A stretch of 64,000 bases of DNA from Octopus sinensis (lineage: Eukaryota), in contig NC_043015.1 in the NCBI RefSeq assembly GCF_006345805.1, positions 34,658,001 to 34,722,000 on the forward strand. Reading direction: 5' to 3'. Below, piece by piece: positions 13,325-24,981 of this stretch. Below the pieces are notes generated by a model. It saw only the letters and a list, made by a program, of their open reading frames with translations. It was not told the DNA's origin and ran no database searches. Both the position numbers and the translations under genes were made by a program. Position 1 is the stretch's first letter, and the number at the start of each line of letters is the position of its first letter.

Positions 13325-13400
13325 TTCTTCACTGTTCAGTCTTTTTGTGAGTTTTGGACGATATTCTGGGCTTTCTATTCCATATTTGGCAATAAGAGAT
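13325..13400 (-). CDS. mdm2: p53-binding domain copy 2, third exon (P)SLIAKYGIESPEYRPKLTKRLNSEE
   Basis: ttcttttatattcctcag acceptor, GTGAGA donor, 76 nt, phase 2-0. Confidence 0.85.
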
Positions 13401-13853
13401 CTGAGGAATATAAAAGAAATTTTTAATCAGATTATACCATTATTAACATACAGAGTAGAAAAAGATTTACATCAGGACAATGTTTTTTTTCTCTTTTGTT
13501 ACTTGCTGCTCACCTCTGAGAGAAGTTTCAGAATTATGTGGGAGAGGGTTCTAATGATTCTTTACCTGAAACTAAAACCTTACAGATAAGGCAAGAAAGC
13601 TTCAAGCACTAGAAAAAAAAAACAGCTAAAAAGATCACTTTGAAACAAAGTAAAAATAAATCTTTTAATTATTTTGAAGTCAAAAGACAATCTCAGTGGT
13701 CAGTATTCAACCAAGGATCGCTACTTTGTATTAGTTCTAGCAGATGCAAAGATTGCTATTCTATGGTAATAGATAGGATAGGAGACAGGAAAATGGATAT
13801 TATTTATATTTAAATTTTTACAGTTAATTTTAAATTAGTCACAAGATACTTAC

Positions 13854-13987
13854 GGAACATCATAAATTATGAATTTTTCTAATTTAAATACATCTGCTAA
13901 TCTGTCATTGCGACATAGGAAAATCCAAGGTTGTTCTGGATCAAACAATTTCCGCGACCAAATATAATGTTTTAAATATCTAAAGAT
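13854..13987 (-). CDS. mdm2: p53-binding domain copy 2, core exon IFRYLKHYIWSRKLFDPEQPWIFLCRNDRLADVFKLEKFIIYDV(P)
   Basis: ttatgttgcag acceptor, GTAAGT donor, 134 nt, phase 0-2. Aligns without gaps to the SWIB/MDM2 core (YL..YI...L[YF]D......C.ND.L..[VL]F....F). Confidence 0.95.
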
Positions 13988-14639
13988 CTGCAACATAAAC
14001 CAAACAATGTGATTCCATTGGGAACATAAAAAGTTAAAACACAAAAGGAAGAAATAAAAACATACAAAAGACAGTTGGAACTGATCACCTGACTACAACA
14101 AACATTCAGGCTCAAACAGACTCAATTCTTAACGCTTTGTTCTGTTTTAAATGTTATTGTTCATCTATATTCCTTTTAGCCAACAGTTGTGTTAGTACAC
14201 ACAACTTTAAGTAATAGCCTTTTTGATAGTAAAATATCTTTGTAAATCATGAAAGATACTTGTAAATAATTAGTCAAAAAGGGTGATGGCTGACTAAATC
14301 AATAAGGTGACATCCTACTAATGAAAAGGGTAATGTCTTAGTACCAAAGCTGGTATGTGTTAGAAAGGTATACAGTGTAATATTACAGGAAGATAACTGT
14401 AATATAATTGGACAGCATTTTAGGAAGATATCTGTTCTATAACTTGTACTATGCCAGAAGGAGACAGCATTAAATAGAGACAACTTGCATTAGAGAAAGA
14501 ATTCATCAATTACTACTGGATATAAATCATATCAACATAATCTGTATTATCTTACTCATAGTAACAGAGTGTCCATTAATCTCTATCTTCCTCATCTATA
14601 CAGCTAACATTTATACTTCCATGTCACAAAATAACATAC

Positions 14640-14714
14640 CTCTTTTTCTGTAAACATATAGCCCTTGGCACCAGCAACATGGAGAATCTCCAGAAAAGAT
14701 GGTTTCACACTGTA
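14640..14714 (-). CDS. mdm2: p53-binding domain copy 2, first exon YSVKPSFLEILHVAGAKGYMFTEKE
   Basis: tttgatatttcag acceptor, GTATGT donor, 75 nt, phase 0-0; KP.FL..L...GA....F...E motif. Confidence 0.93.
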
Positions 14715-15399
14715 CTGAAATATCAAACAAAATAAATTATTAGCAGTAAACTATTACAAGGCCACAGTGTTATAAGAATGAAGAGTGAGAGTGTGTCATT
14801 CAAACTGTTTCTGTAGGTATTGGTGATAAAGGAAGTAATATAGACATTGAAACCAGCACTCCCAAGAATAATGTGAGATAAATGTTATATAGAAAGAGAT
14901 GAACTTATAGTAGCTTACAAAAGAGGTGCTGTTGCTCTTAATCTTCTCATTACCGACCTGGCCACAGACGCCTGAGAATTTTCCTGGCTTATGTTACCAA
15001 CCTGCCTGAAAACAGCTGAAATAAGCTAGTCATATTTAAACGGGAATTTCAGCACAAATCTCTTCAGTACATTCACGAAAGCAAGTGATTTCACAATGTA
15101 AACAATTGTGTTATACAGTCTGACATTATTTTACATGATATCTGAGGGCTGAGAATTTTTGGAGAGTTTTTCACAATTTTTACCACTTTGGTTTTCTGAA
15201 ATGTTTCAGTATGGATGAATAATAGATACCAGTTCTATGTTGCCCAGCAGAAAAACTGGATTCAAGGTATTTTCCAAAGAACACAGAAAAATCTAAGAAA
15301 ATATACAGCAAACATAAAAACCACATATGTGATTATGAATCCTATTTCTTTTCCCAAAATGAAACGATTCTGTCAATATTTGCTCTTCAATGTAGCTGA

Positions 15400-16320
15400 C
15401 AAAGAGGTTTGCATCCTAGTTTCCAAAGCAACCCCAGTGACTTGTTTGAGAAAGATAAGCAGTTATGGGTTAGGACAAGCACAGTTAAACAGAAGGTTGT
15501 TGTAGCACTGAGAACAGATCTAGAAAGAGTTCAAGAGCTGATAGACAGACATTGTGAAGAATGACAGCATAGAGTGAATAAATGTCTATGAGGAAAAGGA
15601 GTTTAGACTGTCTGGACAGAAAAGAGAAGGAGTTGAAGAAGTTTAGGGCATGGCTAGTGTCTTTAATGTGTAAGAGTAACAAGGGGTGATATTTTGTGAT
15701 GGAACAATGAGAGAAGTTCAGTAGGTAGTTACATATAAATACAACAGGGTGGTCAGGATTGTCTGGTTTGTGGATTTTGCAGATAAAGTAGATGGTAGAG
15801 ATTCAGGGTGTGGTTACAATGAGGTTAGTGGCAGAAGGTGGAAGAGATCCAGAAGAGGTAAGTTCAGGCACAGTGGAGGACACTTGTCTCTAGTAGTGGC
15901 TGGCACAATCATTAGAGAGTCACTGAGTTGGCAAGATGCCTCTTGCTTCTACAAGTTATAATTGCCATGTTGTTCCTTCACCAGACTACAATGGTTCCAC
16001 CTTTGTGAGATGATCTGATAATGACATCTCACCATTTACAACTTCCCATCTTGTTGGTTGTTTCTTGAAATTGAAGACACCTAAATTAAAATAGCATCTA
16101 TGGACAAATAAATTGACAGAGTGGTGTAGGCCCAAACCTGATGTCCAGTTAGCTTTTTTGAGGTTGGTGAAGTCATCCTCAATCAGGGGATCTGGATTTA
16201 GGCCCCTGCTAAGGAAGGCTCATCCAGCATCAATGAAACATAGATTGTTGGGGATAATGCGACTCTGGAGAATGAGTAGCCAAATTGTTTGCGACTTATT
16301 TTGAATTTAGTTTTTTATTC
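15400..16320 (-). mobile_element. Degenerate LINE endonuclease/RT remnant
   Basis: Coding-like composition with multiple stops; family not resolved. Confidence 0.4.
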
Positions 16321-16950
16321 TGAAGTTTGCTGGTGAGGTACAATGTTTGAAAACATAATGAGTAAAAATCCATGAAAGAGCAGGAGAAAGAAGAGAATGG
16401 GTGAGCTCCTGTGTCACATTTGACACACAAGGAGCAGAGGGTGCATGCGTGTGTGTAAGTATGTACAATCATACATATTTCTTCATCATTAGCAACTACT
16501 TTTCCATGCTTGCATGGGGCAGACTTTCTCCTTAACCAGACATGTTTTCACAGAAGACTGAAAATGAACAACACAACTATAACAGTGATGCTTATTTACA
16601 ACCATCTCTTGAATCAAGACGAGGATACACATACACACGATAGACTTCTGTCTACCAAATCTGCTGACAACTCTTTAGCCAGCCCAGGGTTGTAACAGAA
16701 GAAACTAACACAAGGTGCTGCGTAGTAGAACTGAACCCAAGATGACATGGTTGGGAAGCAAGCTTTTTAACCACACTCATACACTTGTGCCTACTCTCAA
16801 TGTAAATACAGACACATGGCAATCATCTGAAATATAACAACAACTGTGGTTCCATATTGTAAACCCAAACTCTCTAACAACAAACATTATGTTACAACAG
16901 TGATAAAAAAGAAAAAAAGAAAAAAAGATAAGGAGGACAAGCTAACTTAC

Positions 16951-17025
16951 CAATGGTGAAGAGTTTTGGCCAAGATTGACTGGTTCTGATGTTGAACTTG
17001 TGATAACATCATCACGTGGTAACAT
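16951..17025 (-). CDS. mdm2: Inter-domain linker exon MLPRDDVITSSTSEPVNLGQNSSPL
   Basis: tcatcttctcag acceptor, GTAAGT donor, 75 nt, phase 0-0. Confidence 0.75.
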
Positions 17026-17239
17026 CTGAGAAGATGATCAGATAAGATGAGATAACATAGGATAACATCATGCGGTAACATATGGGGAAGATGATGAAAG
17101 ATGGTCAGATATAAATCTGAGATGATAAGATACTAAACACATAACATCAGGTATCATGAGTAGATAGGAGAACACACCGTGTGATAAAAGCTGAAAAGAG
17201 GATCAAATAGATATAAGATATTCAGATATAGAAAAAAGA

Positions 17240-17695
17240 AAACTGGAGGTGTTGGGTGGATGCTGGATAAACTAATAACCCTTATGAAGGACAGTATACT
17301 GGCACTTGTGCCCGTGCTAGTAGGGTGCCAAGAGCACCATCCAAGTGTGATTGTTGCCAGAGCGGCTAACTGGCTTCCGTGCCAGTGGCACATAAAAGGG
17401 CACCAATTCGAGCATGATCGTTACCAGCATCGCCTTACTGGCACCCGTGCCGGTGACATGTGCAAAAAGTTTTGAGCAAGGTCATTGCCAGTACTGCCTG
17501 ACTGGCCCCCGTGCTGGTGGCATGTAAAAAGCACCCACTCTTGGAGTAGTTGGCGTTAGGAAGGGCATCCAGCTGTAGAAACTCTGCAAGATCAAGATTG
17601 GAGCCTGGTGCAGCCATCTGGTTCGCCAGCCATCGGTCAAAATCGTCCAACCCATGCTAGCATAGAAAGCGGACGTTAAACAATGATGATGATGA
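17240..17695 (+). mobile_element. SINE / LINE-tail repeat with aagggcatccagctgtagaa core and (gat)n tail; copies at about 25130, 27500, 42400 and 55850 (same strand) and about 5590, 7360 (opposite strand)
   Basis: Near-identical segments recur across the window. Confidence 0.8.
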
Positions 17696-17805
17696 CTATA
17701 TTCTGAATGATATTAATGATCAAAAGAACTTGCTGTACTATGTTAGGTAACATAAGAACAGGGTTGTGTTGTCTATTCATGCACCGAAAATCTTTTATCT
17801 TTGTT

Positions 17806-17967
17806 TAAGTGAAAGCCAAGATTGAGAGTTAGCATTTGCAGTGAGGACAGAGATGTGATGATGTGAGATGGTCATAAAAGATATATTTATATCTTTTATG
17901 ACCATCTCACATCATCACATCTCTGTCCTCACTGCAAATGCTAACTCTCAATCTTGGCTTTCACTTA
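17806..17967. repeat. Perfect inverted repeat: two 80-bp arms with a 2-nt spacer
   Basis: 17806-17885 is the exact reverse complement of 17888-17967, checked base by base. Confidence 0.97.
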
Positions 17968-19102
17968 GACAAACATGTTGCACAGATGAGAAAAGATTTT
18001 AGAATGTACATTCTCAATTTGTTGTTATGACAACTAAGAAACTCTGTAGACAAAAACAAATGTAGAACGATCAGTAATTGTTGCTACTGTTGAATGCTTT
18101 GGAATCAAAAATGGCACATGGGTCTCTCTCACACACACTCTTCTGGCTGAAGAAAATCTAACTGATTTCAACTATATATTGCAGCATTTATTCAGTGTTG
18201 CAGCATTCTAAATCCAAATCCTGCTCTGAGCCACGAGGGAAGCAAACTTAATCTGCTGCTCAGTTCAGTACCATCACCTAGCATTCTGAGTAATGTTTTA
18301 GTGACGTCTACAAACTCCACATTTGAGCCGAAGCTTTGCAAAACCACCACCACCATCCTTTTTGTCCTATATGAAATAACAAATAATATTAATGTTTATC
18401 ATTATATAAGGCAGAACCTTTAGCACACTGGACAAAGCATTTTGCCTGTCACTACATTGAACTCAAATTCGGCTGAAGTCAACTTTGCTTTTCATCCTTT
18501 CAGCGGTCAACAAAATAAGTCCCGGTCAAGTACTAAAAGTGATGTGACTGACTTCCACCTTCCTGTAAAAACTGCTGGCCCTGGGCCAAAATTTGAAACC
18601 ATTATTACTATTTGACTGGTACTTAATTTTATCAATATCAAAAGAATGAAAGGCAACATTGACCTGCGGAGGTTAACTTTTGCCTTTCATTCTTTCAGGG
18701 TCAACAAAGTACTTCTCAGGTACTAAGATCAATGATAATAACTAGCCACCCACCACTCAAAATTGCAGTCTTGTAACTAAATCAGAAATCATCTCCATCA
18801 TCAATTTTCCTATTTGAAATGATAGAGATTTTACAGTAACATTAACTTCCAAAGCACACCCATACACGCATTCTCAAGCAACTATGTGATTGCTCAGCCT
18901 GCTAGATATAGCAGACACATCTACTTCGTATCATGTCTTAATGTCTTAAAAAAAGAAGGATGTAGACAACATTAATCTAGAGAGAATGGTGAATGTTGGA
19001 CTTGCTTTAATCCCAGATGTGCAACATCAGGGTTGAGCTTGGAGTGCTAAACAACAACAAAATATATACACTGACTGGATAAAAACTAGACATAATATTT
19101 AC

Positions 19103-19158
19103 CATTTGTGGTGATGTGTGTTCTGAGTCAGATTTACTAACATCAAGGATTTCCGTGG
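19103..19158 (-). CDS. mdm2: Inter-domain linker exon (A)TEILDVSKSDSEHTSPQM
   Basis: tctttactatttcag acceptor, GTAAAT donor, 56 nt, phase 1-0; restores frame after the 22-nt micro-exon. Confidence 0.75.
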
Positions 19159-19360
19159 CTGAAATAGTAAAGATATAAAACTTATAGACCAAATATATTC
19201 CACTCATGTAGACAGAAGGTTTACTGTCTTATATAACAGAGAAAAAGAATGGTACGCAAGATGACAGTTATCCAGAGAGAACCTAGACTAGGAATCAGTG
19301 AGAAAACTGTGCTTCAGACTACAAAACGACACAAACAAAACAGTTTATATCCACAGTCGA

Positions 19361-19492
<132 letters not shown>

Positions 19493-19626
19493 TGAGTGTT
19501 ACAAAGCCAGTAACAAGTGACCTTGCTAGATTTTCAATCAATAAGAAAACAATGGGTTTGGACATGTGAAGTCACCAGCAGTGGGTCAATGAACAGGTAG
19601 AGACAAGACAATTCTGTCGACACTAG

Positions 19627-22539
19627 CATTATGAATTATGATATCCTACCATTAATTCCTTTCTACAATAGTAAATAAGAGATAAAAATATAGATATCTT
19701 ATTTTGTATTGAGTACAAAAATGCGGCATAGTGTCGAATGACATTGATAGATGGACACTGTCTTTACTTAATATAAAACAATGTGTCTTAATTGTTGGAC
19801 AGCCATGATTAACGAATTAGATGGCGAGCAGAAGTAAAGTTTGAATAAAAGCCTTCTTTGAACTGGTTTATGACAAATCTTTATTCAAACTTCATTCTAA
19901 TTGGATGCCAAAATGTTCGAGAGGACCCTACCAGACGATCCAACTGAGGAATATTATATTTACTGGAAACAGATGCTATACATCTACATAGCAAAAGCAA
20001 AAGTTCCAGAGGAATCTAAACTGGAAGTACTTTTAGCAAGGACCAACCCCATCGTCAAAATATCCAGAACCTTCGAGGCAGCAATAGAATGCCTGGACTC
20101 AAAGTTCATAAAGAAGGCTATGAACTCAAAAACAAAAAGAAAACAAGTCTATAGAAGAATTTATGCCAAGCCTTCAGGTGCTGGCCAAGAGAAGTAAAAT
20201 CCAAGCCCTAACAGCAGGCCATTACTGAGAAATTCTAATTGATGATGCCTTTGTGGCTGGGCTTCAGTCACCAATCAGACAAAGACTTCTTGAGTCATCA
20301 GATGACAGCTTAGAAACACCCTATAAGCTTGCTCAGACCATGGAGGTGGCCACTGAAGACACTTGCAACCTATCGCAAGGCTCAGCTGGTATCAATCAAC
20401 CACCCCGTCTTGCAGCTGCTAAATCAGCATGCTTTTGGTGCAGTGGAGACATCCATAACAAAAAAAAAATCAATGCCTGGCGAAACTGCACTTGCAAAAG
20501 GTGTCAGAAGAAAGGCCATTTGGAGAAAGTCTGCTTCTCAAAAAAGCCACCAAGAAACAAATGAAACTTCCCTAAAACAGAAGCTATCACAGAGCCTGAG
20601 AGCAACTCAGAGGAAAACAGTGACGGGACCTTATCATCCCTCATTTTAGCTATAACAAATGGCTGGTACCTGTTAAAATTAAGGACAACAATACACAAGC
20701 CCTTCTTGACACGGGTTCTAACAGAACATTTATAAAAGCGAATCTTGTTGCAGTCTGGGGATTACAATATGATCATACCTGCCCAGAAAAAGTTAACTTG
20801 GCCAACAACACAACAGTGGAAACTAAAAGGAAGCATATAATGCTAATTTCCTTGTGGCTGAGCACCTTGTAGCTCTGGAATTCATCGGAATCAATATCTT
20901 CAGTCAACACTCTGTAGTTACAACTGACTTCAAGGACATGCTCAAACCTGTGCCATTCTGCATGTCCATGCCAAGCCTAAAATGCATCGGGTACAAACTA
21001 CTTCCTGGCATTAAGACCTCTAAGCTAAAACCAATTACAACTTCAAGACACAGTCGCAGAGATGCAGAGTTTATTAAGCACAAAATTGATAGGTTACTTT
21101 CAGAGGGTGTATTTCAGGAAAGCCATAGTCCCTGGTGAGCTCAACGCTTCGTGACATCTAATGGAAAGAAAAAAAGACTGGTGATCGACTACTATAAATA
21201 TCTACACACAACTGGATGTCTACCCTACCCACCGGATTGATGATCTTCTAAATGAAGTAGCAGCAAACAAGATTTTCAGCAACATAGATATGACAACTGC
21301 ATATCACTAGGTGGAAACTCCTAGCCAAAGACTATAAAGTGACAGCATTTGAAGCAAGGGTGGGGGGGACTGTACAAGTTTAAATGCCTCCCATTTGCAA
21401 AAACATGAGTACCAAAACAGTAATTTCCCACTGGTTCAACCTCTTTTCATTGTTTGAAGCTCCAGGACTTCCTTCATGCTAACTGAACAATAAAAACTAG
21501 AACATCTCCCTATTGACCACAAGGCAATGGTCAATGTGAAAGGACCAACAATACCCTCATGAAGACCATAAATCTAGCACTTAGTTCACTACAACTAGAT
21601 AAAAGACAATGGTTGACAGACCTTTCCATGGCACTATCAGCCATGAGAGGACTCCTCTGTACAGCTACCAACACAGCCCCCCCCCCCTCCATGAGCGAAT
21701 GTTTAAATTTTCAAGATGATCAACAGTAGGAACCATTCAACCTGAATTCCTCCAGAATATTAGAAGCACAATATTGCATTGTCGACATCTCAGAAATAAG
21801 GGGGTTCCACCTGTAGAAAATGTTAAACTGTTGGAGACAATTTCTCCCCACTTTGCACACATAGAATTTGGAAACAGATGAATAGATAGTGTCCACACAC
21901 AATCTCACTCTAGCAGGACAATCTTTCAATGAAGGAAGCAAAGATAACACACAAACAGAACCAGGGCTAACTACATAAACAGAGTTCGACACAGAACAAC
22001 AAAATCCACAAATAATATATCAACAATGGATCCGATCCCAACAGTACACCATTAGAAGCAGAGCTCACAGACCAGCACCTGAAAACATGAGCAGATTAGA
22101 AACTGGCTAAGAGTGTTTGAACAAGGATGATACAGGTAACAAAACTTGCAAAGAATACCTGAACAAGAGTAATACAGGTAACAAAATGCCAACTGTTCAA
22201 AGACAAAAAGAGACAAGAAAACAGAGATCAGGACAAATTATCAAGACCCCTTTTTATGCACCATGACTAACTTTTCACTGAGCAGGGAAGACTGTTATGA
22301 AATATAATTAATCCTACTATTAATTCCTTTCTACAATAGTAAATAATAGATATAAATATAGATATCTTATTTTGTACTGAGTGTACAAAAATGCAGCATA
22401 GTGCCGAATGACATTGACAGATTGATACTATGTGAATCGTTGTGGGACAGCCGTGATTAACAGATTAGACAGCAAGAAGAAGAAGAAGAAGAAGAAAAAA
22501 AGTTTGAATAAAAGCTTTCTTTGAACTGGTTTACGACCA
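19627..22539 (+). mobile_element. Decayed, internally deleted Ty3/Gypsy LTR retrotransposon with both LTRs, antisense to the host gene
   Basis: Direct repeats about 19627-19875 and 22293-22539; purine tract before the 3' LTR; gag CCHC knuckle (CKRCQKKGHLEKVC), protease LLDTGS, RT remnants (RLVID, YP.PRIDDLL, FSNID). Confidence 0.88.
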
Positions 22540-23109
22540 CTGGAAAGATAAGATTTTATGTTAACAACAGACACTGCATGTAAATTGCTATTTTCCAGTT
22601 TAACAAACAACGGTTTGGTTATAAATATTTATGGATGTGAACATAGAACCACATATTTCAAGACAGGAAACCTTACTAACAGACTAAATCAACTGATTGC
22701 CACAAACTTGAGAGTTCTTACTTAATAAATCAAAGTCAGCAGTGATATTTCCTTCATCTACTTTCAACTTTTTATCCACTTACTAGGAAGATACAAGTAC
22801 ACCATTAGTTTACTAAGTTGTTATGGTTATTAGCCAGCTTTGTATCTGATCACTAGTTCCTTTATGTCCATAACAGAAAGTCTATTTGGCCATAACTACT
22901 TAATACAGGAGTACAGCTTGCTAGACAAACATTTAGTCGTAAAGTGTGTGTGTGTGTGTATGTGAGAGATATGTGGATTATAGGGCAGAATCACAGGAGA
23001 AGAGACTAAAGTTTGATTAGTTAGTGACACAAAAGCCAAAGTAAAACTGCTCCAACAAAATATGCCATGTTAATGGGTAGGCACTGTATCCAAAAATAAA
23101 CAATAGTTG

Positions 23110-23971
23110 TACGAGGGGGTACCCAAAATGAAACCGGAATGTTACACTTTTATCGCCTTGAAAGTATTCTCCATTTAAAACAATGCATCGGTCCAGATGC
23201 ATTTTCCCCTGTTTGAAGCAGTGACTGGAACTCTTGTGAAGTGATGCCTTTTAACACCTCCATTGTTTTTTTCATCACCTCTTCCACATCTGCAAATTCC
23301 ATAGCACTAGATTTCATCACCAGTGATGACCTTCAAAAAAAAAAGTCTGGATCATCTTCCAATTGTTCTTTCAGTTCACGACACACTTTCAGTCATGACT
23401 GCTTTTGATCTTCTGTGAGCAAGAGAAGGCACGAATTTTGCTGCAAGTCTTTTCATTCACAATTCCTTGCTCAAAATTCGTTGGTAGAAGCTTCAGGACA
23501 CACCAATCATATCAACAATTTCAGTCAATTGTTCAGTGATAGTCCTTCAAGATGAGTTCATGAATTTTCAAGGTTTTCATTCATTCGGGAGATTGACGGC
23601 TGATGTGAACAAGGTTGGTCTTCAAATGACAAGTGACCATTCCTAAAGCGTGGAAGCCACTCATAAACTTGTGTTTTGCTCATGGCACAGAATTCTTGTA
23701 AGCTGTTTGAAGCATGACAACTGTTTCAACCACCATTTTCCTCAACAGAAAACAGAATTCCTTCATTTCAGCCATCACAAAAATCAACAAAGATGGGAGA
23801 AGCACTGCAAAACAAAGACATACCCCATGACAGTATGACCTGACCTGACACTGCTGGTAGCAGACTGTTGCCTGAGGGTTGCATCAAGTGGCTTCTAGTG
23901 GTGGAAACCTGAACTACATCAGGCTTGTCTCACAGAGAACATTTCCAGTTACGTTTGGATACCCTCTCATA
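23110..23971 (-). mobile_element. Non-autonomous mariner element
   Basis: TA-flanked imperfect TIRs (tacgagggggtacccaaaatgaaaccggaat ... atttccagttacgtttggataccctctcata); transposase C-terminal remnant DRCIVLNGEYF. A related fragment lies at about 36640-36800. Confidence 0.8.
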
Positions 23972-24102
23972 TTGTCTGTTATTGTAATTCTGTTGTGTAA
24001 ATATGTTTTTGTTGTTGATTTTTTGCATGTGATCCAGTAAATACATGATGGGTGCTGATATGACAAAAGGAACGAGGTAAGAAACTGAAGGTCTATACTT
24101 AC

Positions 24103-24124
24103 CATCACTGTCACAGGAGTCCTC
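24103..24124 (-). CDS. mdm2: 22-nt micro-exon EDSCDSD(A)
   Basis: Very strong acceptor ttcatttcctttctccag and GTAAGT donor; phase 0-1 pairs with exon 19158-19103. Confidence 0.72.
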
Positions 24125-24924
24125 CTGGAGAAAGGAAATGAAGTTTGAAAACATGGAGGAAAAGCCAAGGAACTAAATTCAGATGATAACTTAGCTGTAA
24201 TGGATACTAATCTTACTAATTAATAATATGCTATAATATAGTATTGGTGACTGGAAGAAACAATTTCTGATGGTAATACGTAGCAAGGTAGTGGTGACTG
24301 AAGGGGAGATATGAGTTAATGAGGTTAATATAGTCAATGGTATCTACACAAATTATCTTTCCGTGAATTATTTTTTCTCATGAATTATTTGCTCTGTATT
24401 GAAATTATATATATATACTGTAATCAAAATTGTATACTTCACCAATTTTTTCTGATACCACTTATCTTTCTCACACTCAGGACCATTTCATTTCATATTC
24501 ATAATAATATTCTTAGTACTGTACCTCTCTACTGACATTTTACATAGATCACCCTTCTATGTCACCAAATTAGCTCTCCACCACTACCCTACATTTATTA
24601 CCTTCCCCATGCATAATGCCTGCCACTCTCTGCTTATACCTGCATCCCATCCAACAAAATATCATCTCTCATCCTCCACCTCTTTCACTACTGTCAGTTA
24701 TCTACCCTATCACCCCTTATCCAGCAATCATTATATCAACCCTATACTTATCAACTACTCTTCCATTTGTCTTTCATCAATTATAGCCACACCCTCACTC
24801 TCCCCAACCTCTATGTACCATTTCCTTCTGTCCTCATTCACTTCTGCTCATCTCCTAACTTGAGGGCCTAACCTGACATTTCATCATCACTATTTTATCT
24901 CTCCAGCTCCATCCTCGTTACACC

Positions 24925-24981
<57 letters not shown>

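Noticed and set aside
14919-15015. Exon-like stretch VGNISQENSQASVARS... between the linker exon and domain 2
   Set aside because: The best donor (GTAAGC) gives phase 2, incompatible with the phase-0 neighbours; the phase-0 donor GTAATG is weak.
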